From: Candidatus Coatesbacteria bacterium
GTDB lineage: Bacteria > RBG-13-66-14
NCBI GenBank assembly: GCA_014728225.1
Contig: WJLX01000003.1
Span: 14,815-78,814 of the forward strand
Reading direction: 5' to 3'
DNA: 64,000 nt
Made by a program: the position numbers and the translations under genes. The notes under the pieces were generated by a model. The model had not been told where the DNA came from. It made no database searches and saw only the letters and a list, made by a program, of their open reading frames with translations. Shown here piece after piece: positions 37,158-47,143 of this stretch (its first letter is position 1; each line of letters starts with the position of its first letter).

Positions 37158-37249
37158 GGTAGGGTGCGTCGTTGCTGCGGCAAACGGCGGCAATTGTGCG
37201 CCGTCCCGTCCACCGCGCCGACCCCGTGGGTAGTCAACCCGTTGCTGCC

Positions 37250-37279
37250 AAAACGGACCCTGCGGGGTCCGTTCTTTAT
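37250..37279. terminator. Bidirectional intrinsic terminator (3' of the hybrid signalling gene)
   Basis: ACGGACCC-TGC-GGGGTCCGT hairpin with TTTT on the minus strand and TCTTT on the plus strand, immediately after the stop at 37276. Confidence 0.5.
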
Positions 37280-39060
37280 GACCGTTTTGCTCCCGGCGGC
37301 GGATCCTCAGCCGCGCTCTCCCCGGAGGCGCCGAGGACTTCGAGGATCTTGTCCCGGACGACCCGGGGTTCGAAGGGCTTGAACAGCACGGCCTTGAGTC
37401 CGTCCTGGCGCGCCTTGAGCAGGGAATGGGTCGGATCGTAGCCAAAGCCCGTCATCAGGATCACTCGGGTTTCGGGATGCTTCTCGGTGACCTCGGCGTA
37501 GACCTCGTAGCCCGTCTTCTTGGGCATCATGATGTCGGAGACGACGACGTCGAAGGGCGGGTCCTGGGCGGCCATCTCGACGACCTCCTGCCCGTCGGCG
37601 GCGGTCTCGACGTAGAAGCCCTCGCCGGTCAGATACTCGCCGAGGAGTTGACGGATGTTGGGTTCGTCGTCGGCGATCAACACCCGCGGCTTGTGCGGCA
37701 CGGGGCAGTACTCCCCCGCCGGCTCCTTGCGCTCCCGGCTGCCGGCGAAATCGACCATGGTGACCTCGCCGGCGACCTCGCGCACCCGGTAGCCGCTGCC
37801 GTAGGCCAGCTTGTTGAAGTCCTGGACCAGCTCGGAAATCCGCCGGGCGGATTGCAGGGCGATGTCCAGTTTGTCCTCGAGCAGTTCAGGGTCGAAATCG
37901 TCGCCCTCCAGGTTCTCCAGGGCCAGGGAACAGGCCGACAGCACGCTCTCCAGGGGGTTGTTGATCTCGTGGCTGACGCCGACGGCGGTCTGGGCCAGGG
38001 TCTTCTGTTTCTCGGCGGCGATCAGCTTGCGCTCCATCGCCAGATGCTCGCGCAGGTCCTTGGAGACGCCCTCGGTGCCGATCAGCGCGCCCTCGTCGTC
38101 GAGAAGAACGTTGGCCGAGAGGGAGATGGGGATCTCCTCGCCGTCCTTGGACTGAGCCACGGTCCGCAGGCCCGAGATCGAGCCCTCCTCCTTGAGGGCC
38201 CGGATGATCTTGCGGTAATCCTCTACGCGGGAGTAAAGCTTGTCGGCCGGTTGGCCGATGATCTCGTCGGCCTCGTAGCCCAGGATGCGCTCGGCGGCAT
38301 GGTTGAAAACCACGATTCGGCCCTGGGCGTCGGTGGCCACGATGATGTCGGCGGAGTTGTCGACCAGGTTGGTCAGGTAGCGCCGGGCGGCCTCGCGCTC
38401 CAGGTAGAGGCGGTGGCTGGCCACGGTGGCGGCGGCGATGTTGGCGAACAGCTCGACGACGCGCAGCGAGCGCTTGGTCGGCCGACGACCGTCGAAGGGA
38501 TCGTCGACGGACAGGGTGCCCACCAGCCGGCCACGGGGTCCATAGAGGGGGACGAACAGCAGGTCCCGGGGATGCCAGTTGACGAACTCCTCGACATCAT
38601 GATGACTCTCGACGCCCACCTCGCGCTCGAAGATCTGTTCGGATTCCGGGTAGGGGATGAAGTATGAATTGCGGATGCGGAAGCGCTCGTCGAAGATGCG
38701 CCGCCGTTCCTCCGGGCGCAGGGGATCGGCGCTCTTGAGCTTGGAGACCTCGGTGTGCGAGAGTCCGGCCCAGCCATAGCCCAGCACCTCGAGATCGTCG
38801 TCGAGAAGGGTGATCACCGCCCGCCGGTAAGCCCGGATGTCGATAATCACCTGGCAAATCAGATTCAGCTCATCGGACAGGTTCTCCGTGGCCTGCAGAC
38901 GGGCGCTCATCTTGAGCAGGGTGCGCAAACGCGCCGCCGCGTCCTGGTACTTGTTCAGACGCGACTTGAGCTTGGTGATCGTCGCTAACACCTGGCGACG
39001 CAGCGCCCGATCGTCGACCAGCAGTTCCTGCAGAGTCTCGCGCAACTCTTCGTAACGCAC
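37276..39060 (-). CDS. GAF-PAS-HisKA-REC signalling protein lacking a recognisable HATPase_c domain
   Basis: GAF-like N-terminal half, PAS (VATDAQGRIVVFNHAAERILGY), H-box VGVSHEINNPLESV, then a C-terminal receiver (VLIADDEPNIRQ...VVVSDIMMPKKTG...ILMTGFG). No N/G1/G2 ATP-binding boxes appear between the H-box and REC. Confidence 0.7.
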   Translation of the reverse strand: MRYEELRETLQELLVDDRALRRQVLATITKLKSRLNKYQDAAARLRTLLKMSARLQATENLSDELNLICQVIIDIRAYRRAVITLLDDDLEVLGYGWAGLSHTEVSKLKSADPLRPEERRRIFDERFRIRNSYFIPYPESEQIFEREVGVESHHDVEEFVNWHPRDLLFVPLYGPRGRLVGTLSVDDPFDGRRPTKRSLRVVELFANIAAATVASHRLYLEREAARRYLTNLVDNSADIIVATDAQGRIVVFNHAAERILGYEADEIIGQPADKLYSRVEDYRKIIRALKEEGSISGLRTVAQSKDGEEIPISLSANVLLDDEGALIGTEGVSKDLREHLAMERKLIAAEKQKTLAQTAVGVSHEINNPLESVLSACSLALENLEGDDFDPELLEDKLDIALQSARRISELVQDFNKLAYGSGYRVREVAGEVTMVDFAGSRERKEPAGEYCPVPHKPRVLIADDEPNIRQLLGEYLTGEGFYVETAADGQEVVEMAAQDPPFDVVVSDIMMPKKTGYEVYAEVTEKHPETRVILMTGFGYDPTHSLLKARQDGLKAVLFKPFEPRVVRDKILEVLGASGESAAEDPPPGAKRS

Positions 39061-39229
39061 GGCACCTCATCCTCGGCTGGCGGACATTTTGAACAGTGTA
39101 GCATCGCCGCCGGCCCGCGGCAACCCCCGTTCACAGGCTTCGATCACTCCGCTTACTCGACACCGGCACCCACGTCGGCCCCTGGAAAAACAGCCCTCGC
39201 CAACCGCGACGAGGACCGCCGCCCTGCGG

Positions 39230-39313
39230 CCGGAACTGGCACGTTTTTTGCAGCTCCTCACCCGCACGGCCGACGGTAACCTTACGCTATCGCAAAAAAC
39301 GTGCCAGTTCCGG
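39230..39313. repeat. Palindromic intergenic element, copy 5 (divergent core; outer IRs 39179..39357)
   Basis: IRs CCGGAACTGGCACGTTTTTTGC / GCAAAAAACGTGCCAGTTCCGG with a different core. Perfect outer IR CCCCTGGAAAAACAGCC / GGCTGTTTTTCCAGGGG. Confidence 0.8.
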
Positions 39314-39381
39314 CCGCGCGGGTCCGCCGGGGTGGTGCAAAGGCTGTTTTTCCAGGGGAAGTGGAGCCGCCGCACAATCGG

Positions 39382-40230
39382 TCATTCCCGGTGCAGCGCC
39401 TTGAGTTCGGCGATCAGCCGTCGGCTGTGCTCCTTGTTCTCGCCGGTTTTCTCCAGGATCATCGCGCAGTGCTCGAGCCGCTCGTCGTTGACCAGTTCGC
39501 GGAAGGCCTCCAGACCGATGTTGCCCTCGCCGAGGTAGGCATGGCGGTCGGTGCGGGAGTCGAGTTCCTTGAGCGAATCGTTGAGGTGGAAACAGTGCAG
39601 CCGATCCAGGCCGATGGTCTCGTGGAAATCGTCGATGACGGCCCGGGTGCTCCGCCGGCTGGATAGATCGTACCCGGCGCCCCACAGGTGGGCGGTGTCC
39701 AGACAGATGCCGACTCGGCGGCCGCGTTCTTCCAGACCCTCGAGCAGGGCCTGCAGTTCGGTGAAGTCCACCCCGAGGGCCGTTCCCGAACCTTCGGAGT
39801 TCTCCAGCAGCAGCAAGGGGTGGGTGTCGTCGAGGGTAGCCAGGACCTCGTCCAGGCCCTGGATGATCAGCTCCAGCCCCTTCCGGCGTCCCCGGCCGGT
39901 GTGTTTGCCCGGGTGGAGCACCAGGTAGTCGGCGCCGACGAGGGCGGCTTTGGCGAATTCCTTCGCCAGCGCCGTCTTGCCCTTGTCGATGGTTTCGTTT
40001 TTGGCGCTGGCCAGGTTGATCAGGTAACCGGTATGGACCACCAGGGGGCCCTGATCGAGTTCGGCTCGGCGCTCGCGGAAGGCGGCGGCTTCGTCGGGGT
40101 CGTAATCGCCGTAGCTCCAGGTCGAGGGGCTGTCGACGAAGATCTGGTAGCTCTCGGCGCCGATGTCGGCGGCGTAGTCGGCCAGCTTCTTCAGCCCCGG
40201 GGCCGTCGAGACGTGCATGCCGAAGCGCAT
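39382..40230 (-). CDS. nfo: Endonuclease IV (AP endonuclease family 2)
   Basis: TIM-barrel AP-endonuclease-2 motifs HTGYLINLAS, LLLENSEGSG, CLDTAHL and FHLNDS. Confidence 0.85.
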   Translation of the reverse strand: MRFGMHVSTAPGLKKLADYAADIGAESYQIFVDSPSTWSYGDYDPDEAAAFRERRAELDQGPLVVHTGYLINLASAKNETIDKGKTALAKEFAKAALVGADYLVLHPGKHTGRGRRKGLELIIQGLDEVLATLDDTHPLLLLENSEGSGTALGVDFTELQALLEGLEERGRRVGICLDTAHLWGAGYDLSSRRSTRAVIDDFHETIGLDRLHCFHLNDSLKELDSRTDRHAYLGEGNIGLEAFRELVNDERLEHCAMILEKTGENKEHSRRLIAELKALHRE

Positions 40231-40416
40231 CCCTGTCCTCCGCTTGAGTTTTTCCTCTCCCAGTTTAGTCCATCGGCCGTGTCTTGGCCAGGATAACCCG
40301 CGTCGGCGATGGGACGATTGAAACCGGCCGGTCTATCGGATAAAATGAGGGCGTATCATGGACGACGATGACGCGGTCCGGGTGTTTTCCGCCGGCCGGC
40401 ATAACGGAGGTTGTCG

Positions 40417-41853
40417 ATGTACTTCTGCAAGAACTGCGGCGCCGAGTTCGACGAGCCCCTCCACGGCACCTGTCCGGCCTGCGGAGCCGCGCGGCGCCAG
40501 CTGGAGCGCTACGAGGAAGAGGTCCCGTCGGATTCCGGGGCGCCGATCTACGGTCCACCGCCCGGCGACGCCGGTTACCGGCGCGACGAGCCCGCCGAAT
40601 CTGCCCCCTACACCAGCGGCCGCAAGCCCTCCGGCGGCGGTTCCGCGGGTGTCTACGGTCCGCCCAAGCACAGCGGCCCCAGCGCTTCCAGCCGGGGCCT
40701 GCGCAGTCGATCCACCGGCTGCGGTCCGCTGATCATCGGCCTGATCCTGCTGGTCGTCATCGGTGGCGGCGTTGCCGCGGTGTTCTATTTCGTCGACGAC
40801 TGCGACATGTCGAACGGAGATTACACCTACACCGAGAGCGTCGACACCTCGGAACCCCTGTTCCGCAACCGGGCGGCGGAGATGGAGGACGCGGGTTACG
40901 AGCCCGTGCCCGACATGGCGCCGGACCTCTGGCCCGTGGCCGATCACACCCTGTGGTTCATCGACGGCGCCACGGGCGAGCTGTGGTACAACACCCTGAA
41001 CGTCCCCAGCGCCAACAAGGTGCCCCTCTCGCCCGCCCCCGACTACCTGGGCGACATCCATCCCCTGCCCGACGGCTCCGGGGTGCTGGCGGTGATGGAT
41101 TACAATGGCGAATACGGGGTCTACGCCGTTTCGCCGGCCGGTCAGACCGCCCTGTTGACCTCGGCCGCCGAGCTGGCCGAGCTGTTGCTGGAGCTCAAGT
41201 ACATGCCCGAGGAGTTCTATGCGGGTGTGCGCACGGCCCTGGAGAGCCGCGAGCTGCTCGGCGAACCCCGGATGAAGGCCGACGGCTCCCTGATGGCCGT
41301 CGGTGCGGGTCCCGTCGGCGACACCCGGGTCCTCGTCATCCCGGCGGGCGGCCAGTCCTACGTCCTCGACCGCTACATCAAGAACGCCGTTCCCTGCAGC
41401 TTCGTCGGCAGTCAGCTCTTTATCGAGTACAACCCCGGCGGCACACCGATGGTCAAGAGGTACGACCTCGAATCGGACACCGACGAGTTCGTCTCGCTGA
41501 CCTTCTACGACGGCGGCTTCGTCAGCGACGGCATCCGGATGGCCTACCTCTCCAACGACGGCGGTCGACCCGTGATCCGCTACGGCGCCCTGGAAACCCC
41601 CTACGACGCCGAGCTGCTGGTGCTGCCCGGCGGACAGGGCGAGACCGTCTCCCTCGCCGCCGGGCAGATAGTCTGCGCCGTGGCACCCACCGAGGGGCAG
41701 GACGGTTTCTACTTCCGCCACTTCGATAATCCGGAGCCCGAGGACCTCTACCCGATCACCTTCACCAAGACCCTGGACCTCGAATCGGCCTATTTTGGCC
41801 CACCGCTGAGCCAGCCCGTCGAGGAAGAGCCATCGCCGCCCCTCTCCAGCTAA
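40417..41853 (+). CDS. Zinc-ribbon membrane protein, hypothetical (N-terminal CxxC..CxxC, Pro-rich linker, one TM, large extracytoplasmic domain)
   Basis: GGAGG RBS. MYFCKNCGAEFDEPLHGTCPACG zinc ribbon. TM helix LIIGLILLVVIGGGVAAVFYF. ~370-aa C-terminal domain of unknown fold. Confidence 0.5.
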   Translation: MYFCKNCGAEFDEPLHGTCPACGAARRQLERYEEEVPSDSGAPIYGPPPGDAGYRRDEPAESAPYTSGRKPSGGGSAGVYGPPKHSGPSASSRGLRSRSTGCGPLIIGLILLVVIGGGVAAVFYFVDDCDMSNGDYTYTESVDTSEPLFRNRAAEMEDAGYEPVPDMAPDLWPVADHTLWFIDGATGELWYNTLNVPSANKVPLSPAPDYLGDIHPLPDGSGVLAVMDYNGEYGVYAVSPAGQTALLTSAAELAELLLELKYMPEEFYAGVRTALESRELLGEPRMKADGSLMAVGAGPVGDTRVLVIPAGGQSYVLDRYIKNAVPCSFVGSQLFIEYNPGGTPMVKRYDLESDTDEFVSLTFYDGGFVSDGIRMAYLSNDGGRPVIRYGALETPYDAELLVLPGGQGETVSLAAGQIVCAVAPTEGQDGFYFRHFDNPEPEDLYPITFTKTLDLESAYFGPPLSQPVEEEPSPPLSS

Positions 41854-41867
41854 CCCGAAAGGCAACC

Positions 41868-43169
41868 TTGACCAAACCCGTACTGGCCCAGCTCGTCCGT
41901 CAGGATTTCGACAGCCTCTGGGAAAACGAAACCCTGGATACCGAGGCCGGGGTCGCCGAGTTGATCCTGGCCCAGTCGATCGAAGGTCACGCCCACACCG
42001 GCGCCGGCAGCTTCCATAAACGCCGTTACCCCGAACTGACCACCCACCAGGTGGTCGAGCTGCTCGGCTGGCCGGTGCTCGAATGCCGCCGCGCCCGCCA
42101 GGCCCTGATCGACGAGGTCTTCGAGTGGGTCGAGGCCTACGCCGATAAGGATGAGCGCACCAGTCTGGTCGACGCCGCCGGTCATCCCCTGCTGCGGATC
42201 CCCTGGCTGGCCAACCGCCGCGTCGAACCCCTCGAGGTGCTGCGCGGCATGTACGTCGGCGGTCTGCGGGACGACGAGGCCGTGCGCGCCGGAGCCGAAG
42301 AAAACTACGGCGTGGTCATCGGCGGCGGCCGCTGCCACGTCGTCGACACCCGGGTGATGGAGGAGCTCGGTGAAACCGCCGACTCCCTGGCCCACGAGGC
42401 CCACGACGCCGACGAGCTGGACCGCTACCGCGACAGCGGGATGATCGTCTCCCCCGACAAGATCGAAGCCGCCGACATCGACCAGGGACCCTACGAGTTC
42501 TACTACATCCGCTACCGCATCGGTCCCGGCCACTCCGACGACGCCGCCATCGTCGGCGCCGGCTTGCTCTACGGCACCGACGCCGCCCTGGGCGCCTGGC
42601 TGACCGACGCCGTCGACACCCTGGAGAAATTCTCCCTCCACTTCACCGACCAGGACGGCGAGCTCTCCCGCCTGGTGGGCGAGCGGGTGCCCGAGGCCCG
42701 TATCCCCGACGACGACCTCCAGCTCTACGTCACCCTCTGCGCCATCGCCCTCGGCAAGGAGGAGAAGGTCCCCGATTCCAGCACCCGCCACCTGCTGGCC
42801 GTCGATGAGAAGACGGACCGCAGCCTGCTGCGCGCCCACCTCGATTTCATCGAAGGCGTCAAGGGACCCGACCAGTCCATGGCCCACGGCAAGACCACCA
42901 CCCACACATTCTACGCCTACCTCCTCCAGCGCCTGGCCGAGCTGCGCCGCCGACCCAGCGTCGCCCCCCGGACCAAAACCGCCGGCCTGCTCAGCACCGA
43001 CTTCGCCGTCGCCGGCGCCGACGTCGAGCCCCGGGAGCTGGTCGAGCTGTTCAACAATCCCGACGTCTCGCTGGTCATCGTCACCGGCACCGACGGTCAC
43101 CCCAAGGGTTACATCAAACCCGCCGATCTGCTGCGCCTGGTCCACGACCCCCCCGCCGAGGGCGAATAG
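41868..43169 (+). CDS. Hypothetical protein, co-transcribed with the zinc-ribbon membrane protein; possible C-terminal CBS-like motif
   Basis: 14-bp gap after the upstream gene. No family motif apart from a CBS-like VSLVIVTGTDGHPKGYIKPADLLRLV at the C-terminus. Confidence 0.45.
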   Translation: MTKPVLAQLVRQDFDSLWENETLDTEAGVAELILAQSIEGHAHTGAGSFHKRRYPELTTHQVVELLGWPVLECRRARQALIDEVFEWVEAYADKDERTSLVDAAGHPLLRIPWLANRRVEPLEVLRGMYVGGLRDDEAVRAGAEENYGVVIGGGRCHVVDTRVMEELGETADSLAHEAHDADELDRYRDSGMIVSPDKIEAADIDQGPYEFYYIRYRIGPGHSDDAAIVGAGLLYGTDAALGAWLTDAVDTLEKFSLHFTDQDGELSRLVGERVPEARIPDDDLQLYVTLCAIALGKEEKVPDSSTRHLLAVDEKTDRSLLRAHLDFIEGVKGPDQSMAHGKTTTHTFYAYLLQRLAELRRRPSVAPRTKTAGLLSTDFAVAGADVEPRELVELFNNPDVSLVIVTGTDGHPKGYIKPADLLRLVHDPPAEGE

Positions 43170-43283
43170 GCCCCGCGGCTTTCCCGCTCCGACCAAACCC
43201 GTCGCCGGGGCGCAAAAACGCCGCTCCGGGAGACCGTTGAAACCCCTGCGGCGCTGATCACCCGCACCGGATAACCACGCCCG

Positions 43284-43367
43284 CCGGAACCGGCACGGTT
43301 TTTGCATCTCGGCAACCGTTGGAGTAAAGATAACGGTTCGCCTCCGCAAAAACCGTGCCGGTTCCGG
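43284..43367. repeat. Palindromic intergenic element, copy 6
   Basis: Canonical IRs. Core shows a compensatory A/T pair (GGCAACCGTT ... AACGGTTCGCC). Outer arms GGGAGACCGTTGAAACCCCT / AGGGGTTTCAACGGTCTCCC. Confidence 0.85.
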
Positions 43368-43574
43368 CGGGCAGGTTGCTGGGTCGTTGTCGGGAGGGGT
43401 TTCAACGGTCTCCCGGAGGGTGTGTGAAGCCCGGTGCGAGGCGGATTAACAACCGCGCAGGCTGGGCCGCTATTCCAGACTAGTCGCCGATGGCGGGTTT
43501 GAAGCCCCCGATGCTGGGCGATATGGGAAAACAGCGGCCCGCGGGCCGCTGTTTACTGTTGTGCACGATCGAGG

Positions 43575-44345
43575 TTACTCGAGGGGTTCGACGAGGACGT
43601 TGTCGAATGAGACCCCGGGCTGGCGGTAGCACATCAGGCCGATCTGGCCGTTGGGCAGTTCATCCCACTCTTCGCCGCCGTTCCATTCGAGCACCAGGTT
43701 TTCCAGGTTGCCGTTGTAGACCTTGATCTCGTGGCCCCGGGCCTCGACGATGACTTTGAAGGTTTCGCCGACGGTGTAGCCCTGGCCGTCGTTGCGGACC
43801 AGCCAGTTGGAGACGGTGGGTCCGCGGCGGTCCAGGCGCCAGTAGGGTCCGCCGTATTCGTTGGACTGCATGATGAAGACACGGTAGTAGTAGCGGCCGC
43901 TGTCGCCGAAGTAGCTCAGCCGGAACATGACACCGACACCGTTGGGGTGTTCCGGGGTGATCTCTACACTGAAGCGGTAGTCGGTCCAGTTTTCGTCGCC
44001 GGCGGCCAGGACTGTGCCGTTCTGCCAGTAGGGATAGGGATCTTCGCTGCCGCCCCAGGCGTCGGCGTCCTGGTAGAGGGCCCCGTTTTTGACGTACCAG
44101 TTACCGGAGGGGCTGGTGTCGTCGAGGCCGTAGTCACGTTGGGTCCAGCCGTCGGGGAAGGAGCCTTCGTCGTCGTTGGCGAAGTCGTCGCTGAAGAGGG
44201 GTTCCGTCGTCTCGCTGGAGGTGGTGCCGTCGCAACCCGCCGCCGGCAGCAGGCCGCAGACCGTCAGGAGCGCGGCCAGCGTAGCCGCGAGTGCGGTGTT
44301 GCGGAGAAGTGACGGCGCACGTCGGCGATTAAGGGGAGTGCTCAT
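43575..44345 (-). CDS. Secreted lipoprotein with concanavalin-A-like/LamG (DUF1080-like) jelly-roll domain
   Basis: Lipobox LTVCG. Motif pattern LFSDDF...GW...W.V.NGAL...WTDY.F.VEI......GVMFR...YY.....KVYNG..........GQIGL.......FDNVLV matches DUF1080-type domains. Confidence 0.45.
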   Translation of the reverse strand: MSTPLNRRRAPSLLRNTALAATLAALLTVCGLLPAAGCDGTTSSETTEPLFSDDFANDDEGSFPDGWTQRDYGLDDTSPSGNWYVKNGALYQDADAWGGSEDPYPYWQNGTVLAAGDENWTDYRFSVEITPEHPNGVGVMFRLSYFGDSGRYYYRVFIMQSNEYGGPYWRLDRRGPTVSNWLVRNDGQGYTVGETFKVIVEARGHEIKVYNGNLENLVLEWNGGEEWDELPNGQIGLMCYRQPGVSFDNVLVEPLE

Positions 44346-44764
44346 CTCGGGCGCCCTTTCGGTGGTTCGGCGGGGAAACGGGAACCGGAAGCCGCACAGC
44401 GGCGTATCTTCCCAATTCCCCTTTTATGGGAGTATAGCAAACGGGTCGTCCGTGGTAAACCGTCAGCCGTCGGCTCACTCGGGGCGGTGCATAATGAGCG
44501 CCCGGCGTCATCAAGCTTGTCAATCTGACGTAAAAGCCCTGTAAAGACAGGTGTTTACGAAAGTCAACACTCGATCCGTGGTCAGTTGTATGAAAAAGTT
44601 AACGCTCAACCAGCCATCGGCGGGACACGGAAAAAAAGTGATCGTTGCAACACAATGAATCTGGACGACCTACGAAATGACTAGTGACGATTATCACTGG
44701 TTGGCACGATTGTTGCAGTGTTATAACCGTGGGTCGAACACATCAACATCGGAGGTTTCAGGGT

Positions 44765-45586
44765 ATGAGGTACAGCAATCGAGACAACAAGAGCTTGAAA
44801 ACATATCTCGATCAGGCCGGTAATCACCGCGTGCTGTCACGCACGGAACTGATCGAGTTGATGGAAGTTGCCGAGAACACACGCAACGCAATTATTTCCA
44901 ACAACCTGCGTTTGGTCATCTCCATCGCCAAACGCTACATGGATCGCGGCCTGCCGCTCCAGGACCTGATCCAGGAAGGCAACATCGGTCTGATCCGGGC
45001 CGCCGAGGGTTACGATCCCGACAAGGGCACCTGTTTCAGCACCTACGCCACCTGGTGGATCCGCCAGGCCATCGAGCGCGCCATCGTCAACAAGCGGCGC
45101 ACCGTGCGCATCCCCTTCGACAAGGACCGCCAGATCAAGAAGATCATCCGGGCCCGCGAGGAGCTGATCGCCGAAAGCGGCGACGAACCCGACGCCAAGC
45201 AGATCGCCCAGCGGTTGCGCATGCCCGTGGAAAAGGTCGAGAAGCTGCTGCGCCTCTCCCACGGCACCTTGTCCCTGGACAGCACCTACGGCAACTACAC
45301 CAACCCGCTGATGGACACCATCAGCGACGACGAGTTGATGGCTCCCGACGACATCTGGCACGATTACCTGCTCAAAACCGCCGTCCGGCGGGCCATGGAC
45401 GAACTGACCGAACGCGAGAAGCGGGTGTTGCAGTACCGCTTCGGTTTCCTCGACGGCGAGAAGCACTCCCTGGCCGATACCGGCAATCGCCTGGGTTACT
45501 CCACGGAGACCATCCGCCAGGTCGAGCTGACAGCCCTGCGCAAGCTGCGCTCCACTCATCACGAGCTGGCCGAGCTGCTCAATTGA
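44765..45586 (+). CDS. RNA polymerase sigma factor, sigma-70 family (regions 2-4; alternative sigma)
   Basis: GGAGG RBS. Region 2 NLRLVISIAKRY...DLIQEGNIGLIRAAEGYDP..G.FSTYATWWIRQAI, and region 4 HTH near the C-terminus (SLADTGNRLGYSTETIRQVELTALRKLR). 273 aa. Confidence 0.8.
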   Translation: MRYSNRDNKSLKTYLDQAGNHRVLSRTELIELMEVAENTRNAIISNNLRLVISIAKRYMDRGLPLQDLIQEGNIGLIRAAEGYDPDKGTCFSTYATWWIRQAIERAIVNKRRTVRIPFDKDRQIKKIIRAREELIAESGDEPDAKQIAQRLRMPVEKVEKLLRLSHGTLSLDSTYGNYTNPLMDTISDDELMAPDDIWHDYLLKTAVRRAMDELTEREKRVLQYRFGFLDGEKHSLADTGNRLGYSTETIRQVELTALRKLRSTHHELAELLN

Positions 45587-45645
45587 GCTCACCCTCACCC
45601 ATATACGTGGAACGGACCCTCGAGGGTCCGTTCCTTGTTTGAAGA

Positions 45646-46179
45646 TTAAATCTCGTCGGCGCCGGAGCCCGCCGGTTGTTCCTCCCGGGCCCGTTCCAGG
45701 AGTTCGTCGGTGGTGTAGATCGGCGCCTCCATCCGCAGCGCCAGGGCGGTGGCGTCGGAGGGTCGGCAGTCGATGGCCCGCAGTTCGTCGTCGGCCCGCA
45801 GTTCCAGGCGGGCGTAAAAGGCCTCTTCGTGGACGTCGTCGATTATCACCCGCTCCAACCCGGCGTTCAGGGTCAGGATGATCCTGACCAACAGGTCGTG
45901 GGTCAGGGGGCGGCCGAAGTCATAATCGTCCAGGGCGATGGCGATGGAGACGGCCTCGGCCTGACCGATGCCCATGGCCAGGTGGCGGTCCCCGTCGCGT
46001 TCGGTAAAGACCAACAGATAGTCGCCCGTTTCGGGATCCTGCCACACGGCCCGGACGTCGAGACGGATGAGGTCGGCCTCGTCGTAGCCGTGATCGGCGG
46101 TCTGGGCCGCTGCGCCGAGCGCCGTCGTCAAGACCACCAGCGTCCAAAGCAGGGGTCCGGGGCGCGGGATGCCGTTCAC
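45646..46179 (-). CDS. Bifunctional nuclease (BFN/DUF151) domain protein with signal peptide
   Basis: LLVFTERDGDRHLAMGIGQAEAVSIAIAL...RPLTHDLL...IDCRPSDATALALRMEAPIY matches the BFN domain. Confidence 0.65.
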   Translation of the reverse strand: MNGIPRPGPLLWTLVVLTTALGAAAQTADHGYDEADLIRLDVRAVWQDPETGDYLLVFTERDGDRHLAMGIGQAEAVSIAIALDDYDFGRPLTHDLLVRIILTLNAGLERVIIDDVHEEAFYARLELRADDELRAIDCRPSDATALALRMEAPIYTTDELLERAREEQPAGSGADEI

Positions 46180-46327
46180 CTTACCTCCCGGGGTGCGTCG
46201 TTACGCAACCATCCTATAACCTTTTTTCCCCGCGGGCAAACTTTTCTCTTCTCCAAACAGGCGGGCGGCCTTGTCAATCAACCGTCGAAGACGTAAACTA
46301 CTATTAGGATTACAGCGGGAGGAAACC

Positions 46328-47143
46328 ATGCGACGTCTAGTGTATTTGTGTTTGAGCGCTGGTCTGGCGCTGGCCCTGTCGGCCTGCTCCTCAAACGGCG
46401 ACGAGACCGACTCCGCCGTCGACGGCGGTACCGCGGAAGTGGAGGCCGTCGAGCTGGAACCGCCGGCGGAACCCCCGGAGCCCGTTTGGGGCGGTGAGAC
46501 GACCTATCTGCGTTCCGGCGACGGCACGCCCGTGGCCGCCGAGTGGCTCAGTGTGGAAGGCGCCGAGCCCCGGGGCACCGTGATCCTCATCCATATGCTG
46601 GGGCAGGAGCGCAGCGATTGGTCTCCCCTCGTCCAGCCCCTGGTGGAGAGCGGCTTCGATGTCGTGGGCGTCGATCTGCGCGGCCACGGACAATCGAAAC
46701 TCAACGGCAGCTACGCCGACTTCACCCAGGAACAGTGGCGGGCGGCCCGCGCCGACGTCCGCGCCGCCCTGGATTATGCCATTCCCGACAAGCCCGATCC
46801 CTACTTCGTTTGCGGGGCCAGCATCGGCGCCAACCTGGCCTTTCTCGAGGTCGCCGGCGACAACCGATCCGCCGGGGTGATCCTGCTGAGCCCCGGTAAG
46901 GATTACCGCGGGGTCCGGCCCGCCGAGGGCCTCGAGGAATACGACGACCGCCCCGCCCTGCTGGTCGCCGCCGAGGACGACGCCTTCAGCGCCCAGACCG
47001 TCCGCGAGCTGGCCGCCGATTTGACCAACGCCCGCGTCGAGGTCTATCCCGACGGCGGTCATGGCACCCGGCTGTTGTCCAGCCGACCCGAGGTCCGCGA
47101 GCTGATCATCGACTGGCTCGTCCAGCGGCTGGCGGAGCGTTAG
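46328..47143 (+). CDS. Alpha/beta-hydrolase-fold lipoprotein
   Basis: Lipobox LALSAC. GxSxG-like nucleophile elbow VCGASIGAN and HGQS. Confidence 0.6.
   Translation: MRRLVYLCLSAGLALALSACSSNGDETDSAVDGGTAEVEAVELEPPAEPPEPVWGGETTYLRSGDGTPVAAEWLSVEGAEPRGTVILIHMLGQERSDWSPLVQPLVESGFDVVGVDLRGHGQSKLNGSYADFTQEQWRAARADVRAALDYAIPDKPDPYFVCGASIGANLAFLEVAGDNRSAGVILLSPGKDYRGVRPAEGLEEYDDRPALLVAAEDDAFSAQTVRELAADLTNARVEVYPDGGHGTRLLSSRPEVRELIIDWLVQRLAER

Noticed and set aside
40333-41865. 510-aa minus-strand ORF
   Set aside because: Antisense shadow of the zinc-ribbon membrane protein gene, V/G/A-rich with no start context.
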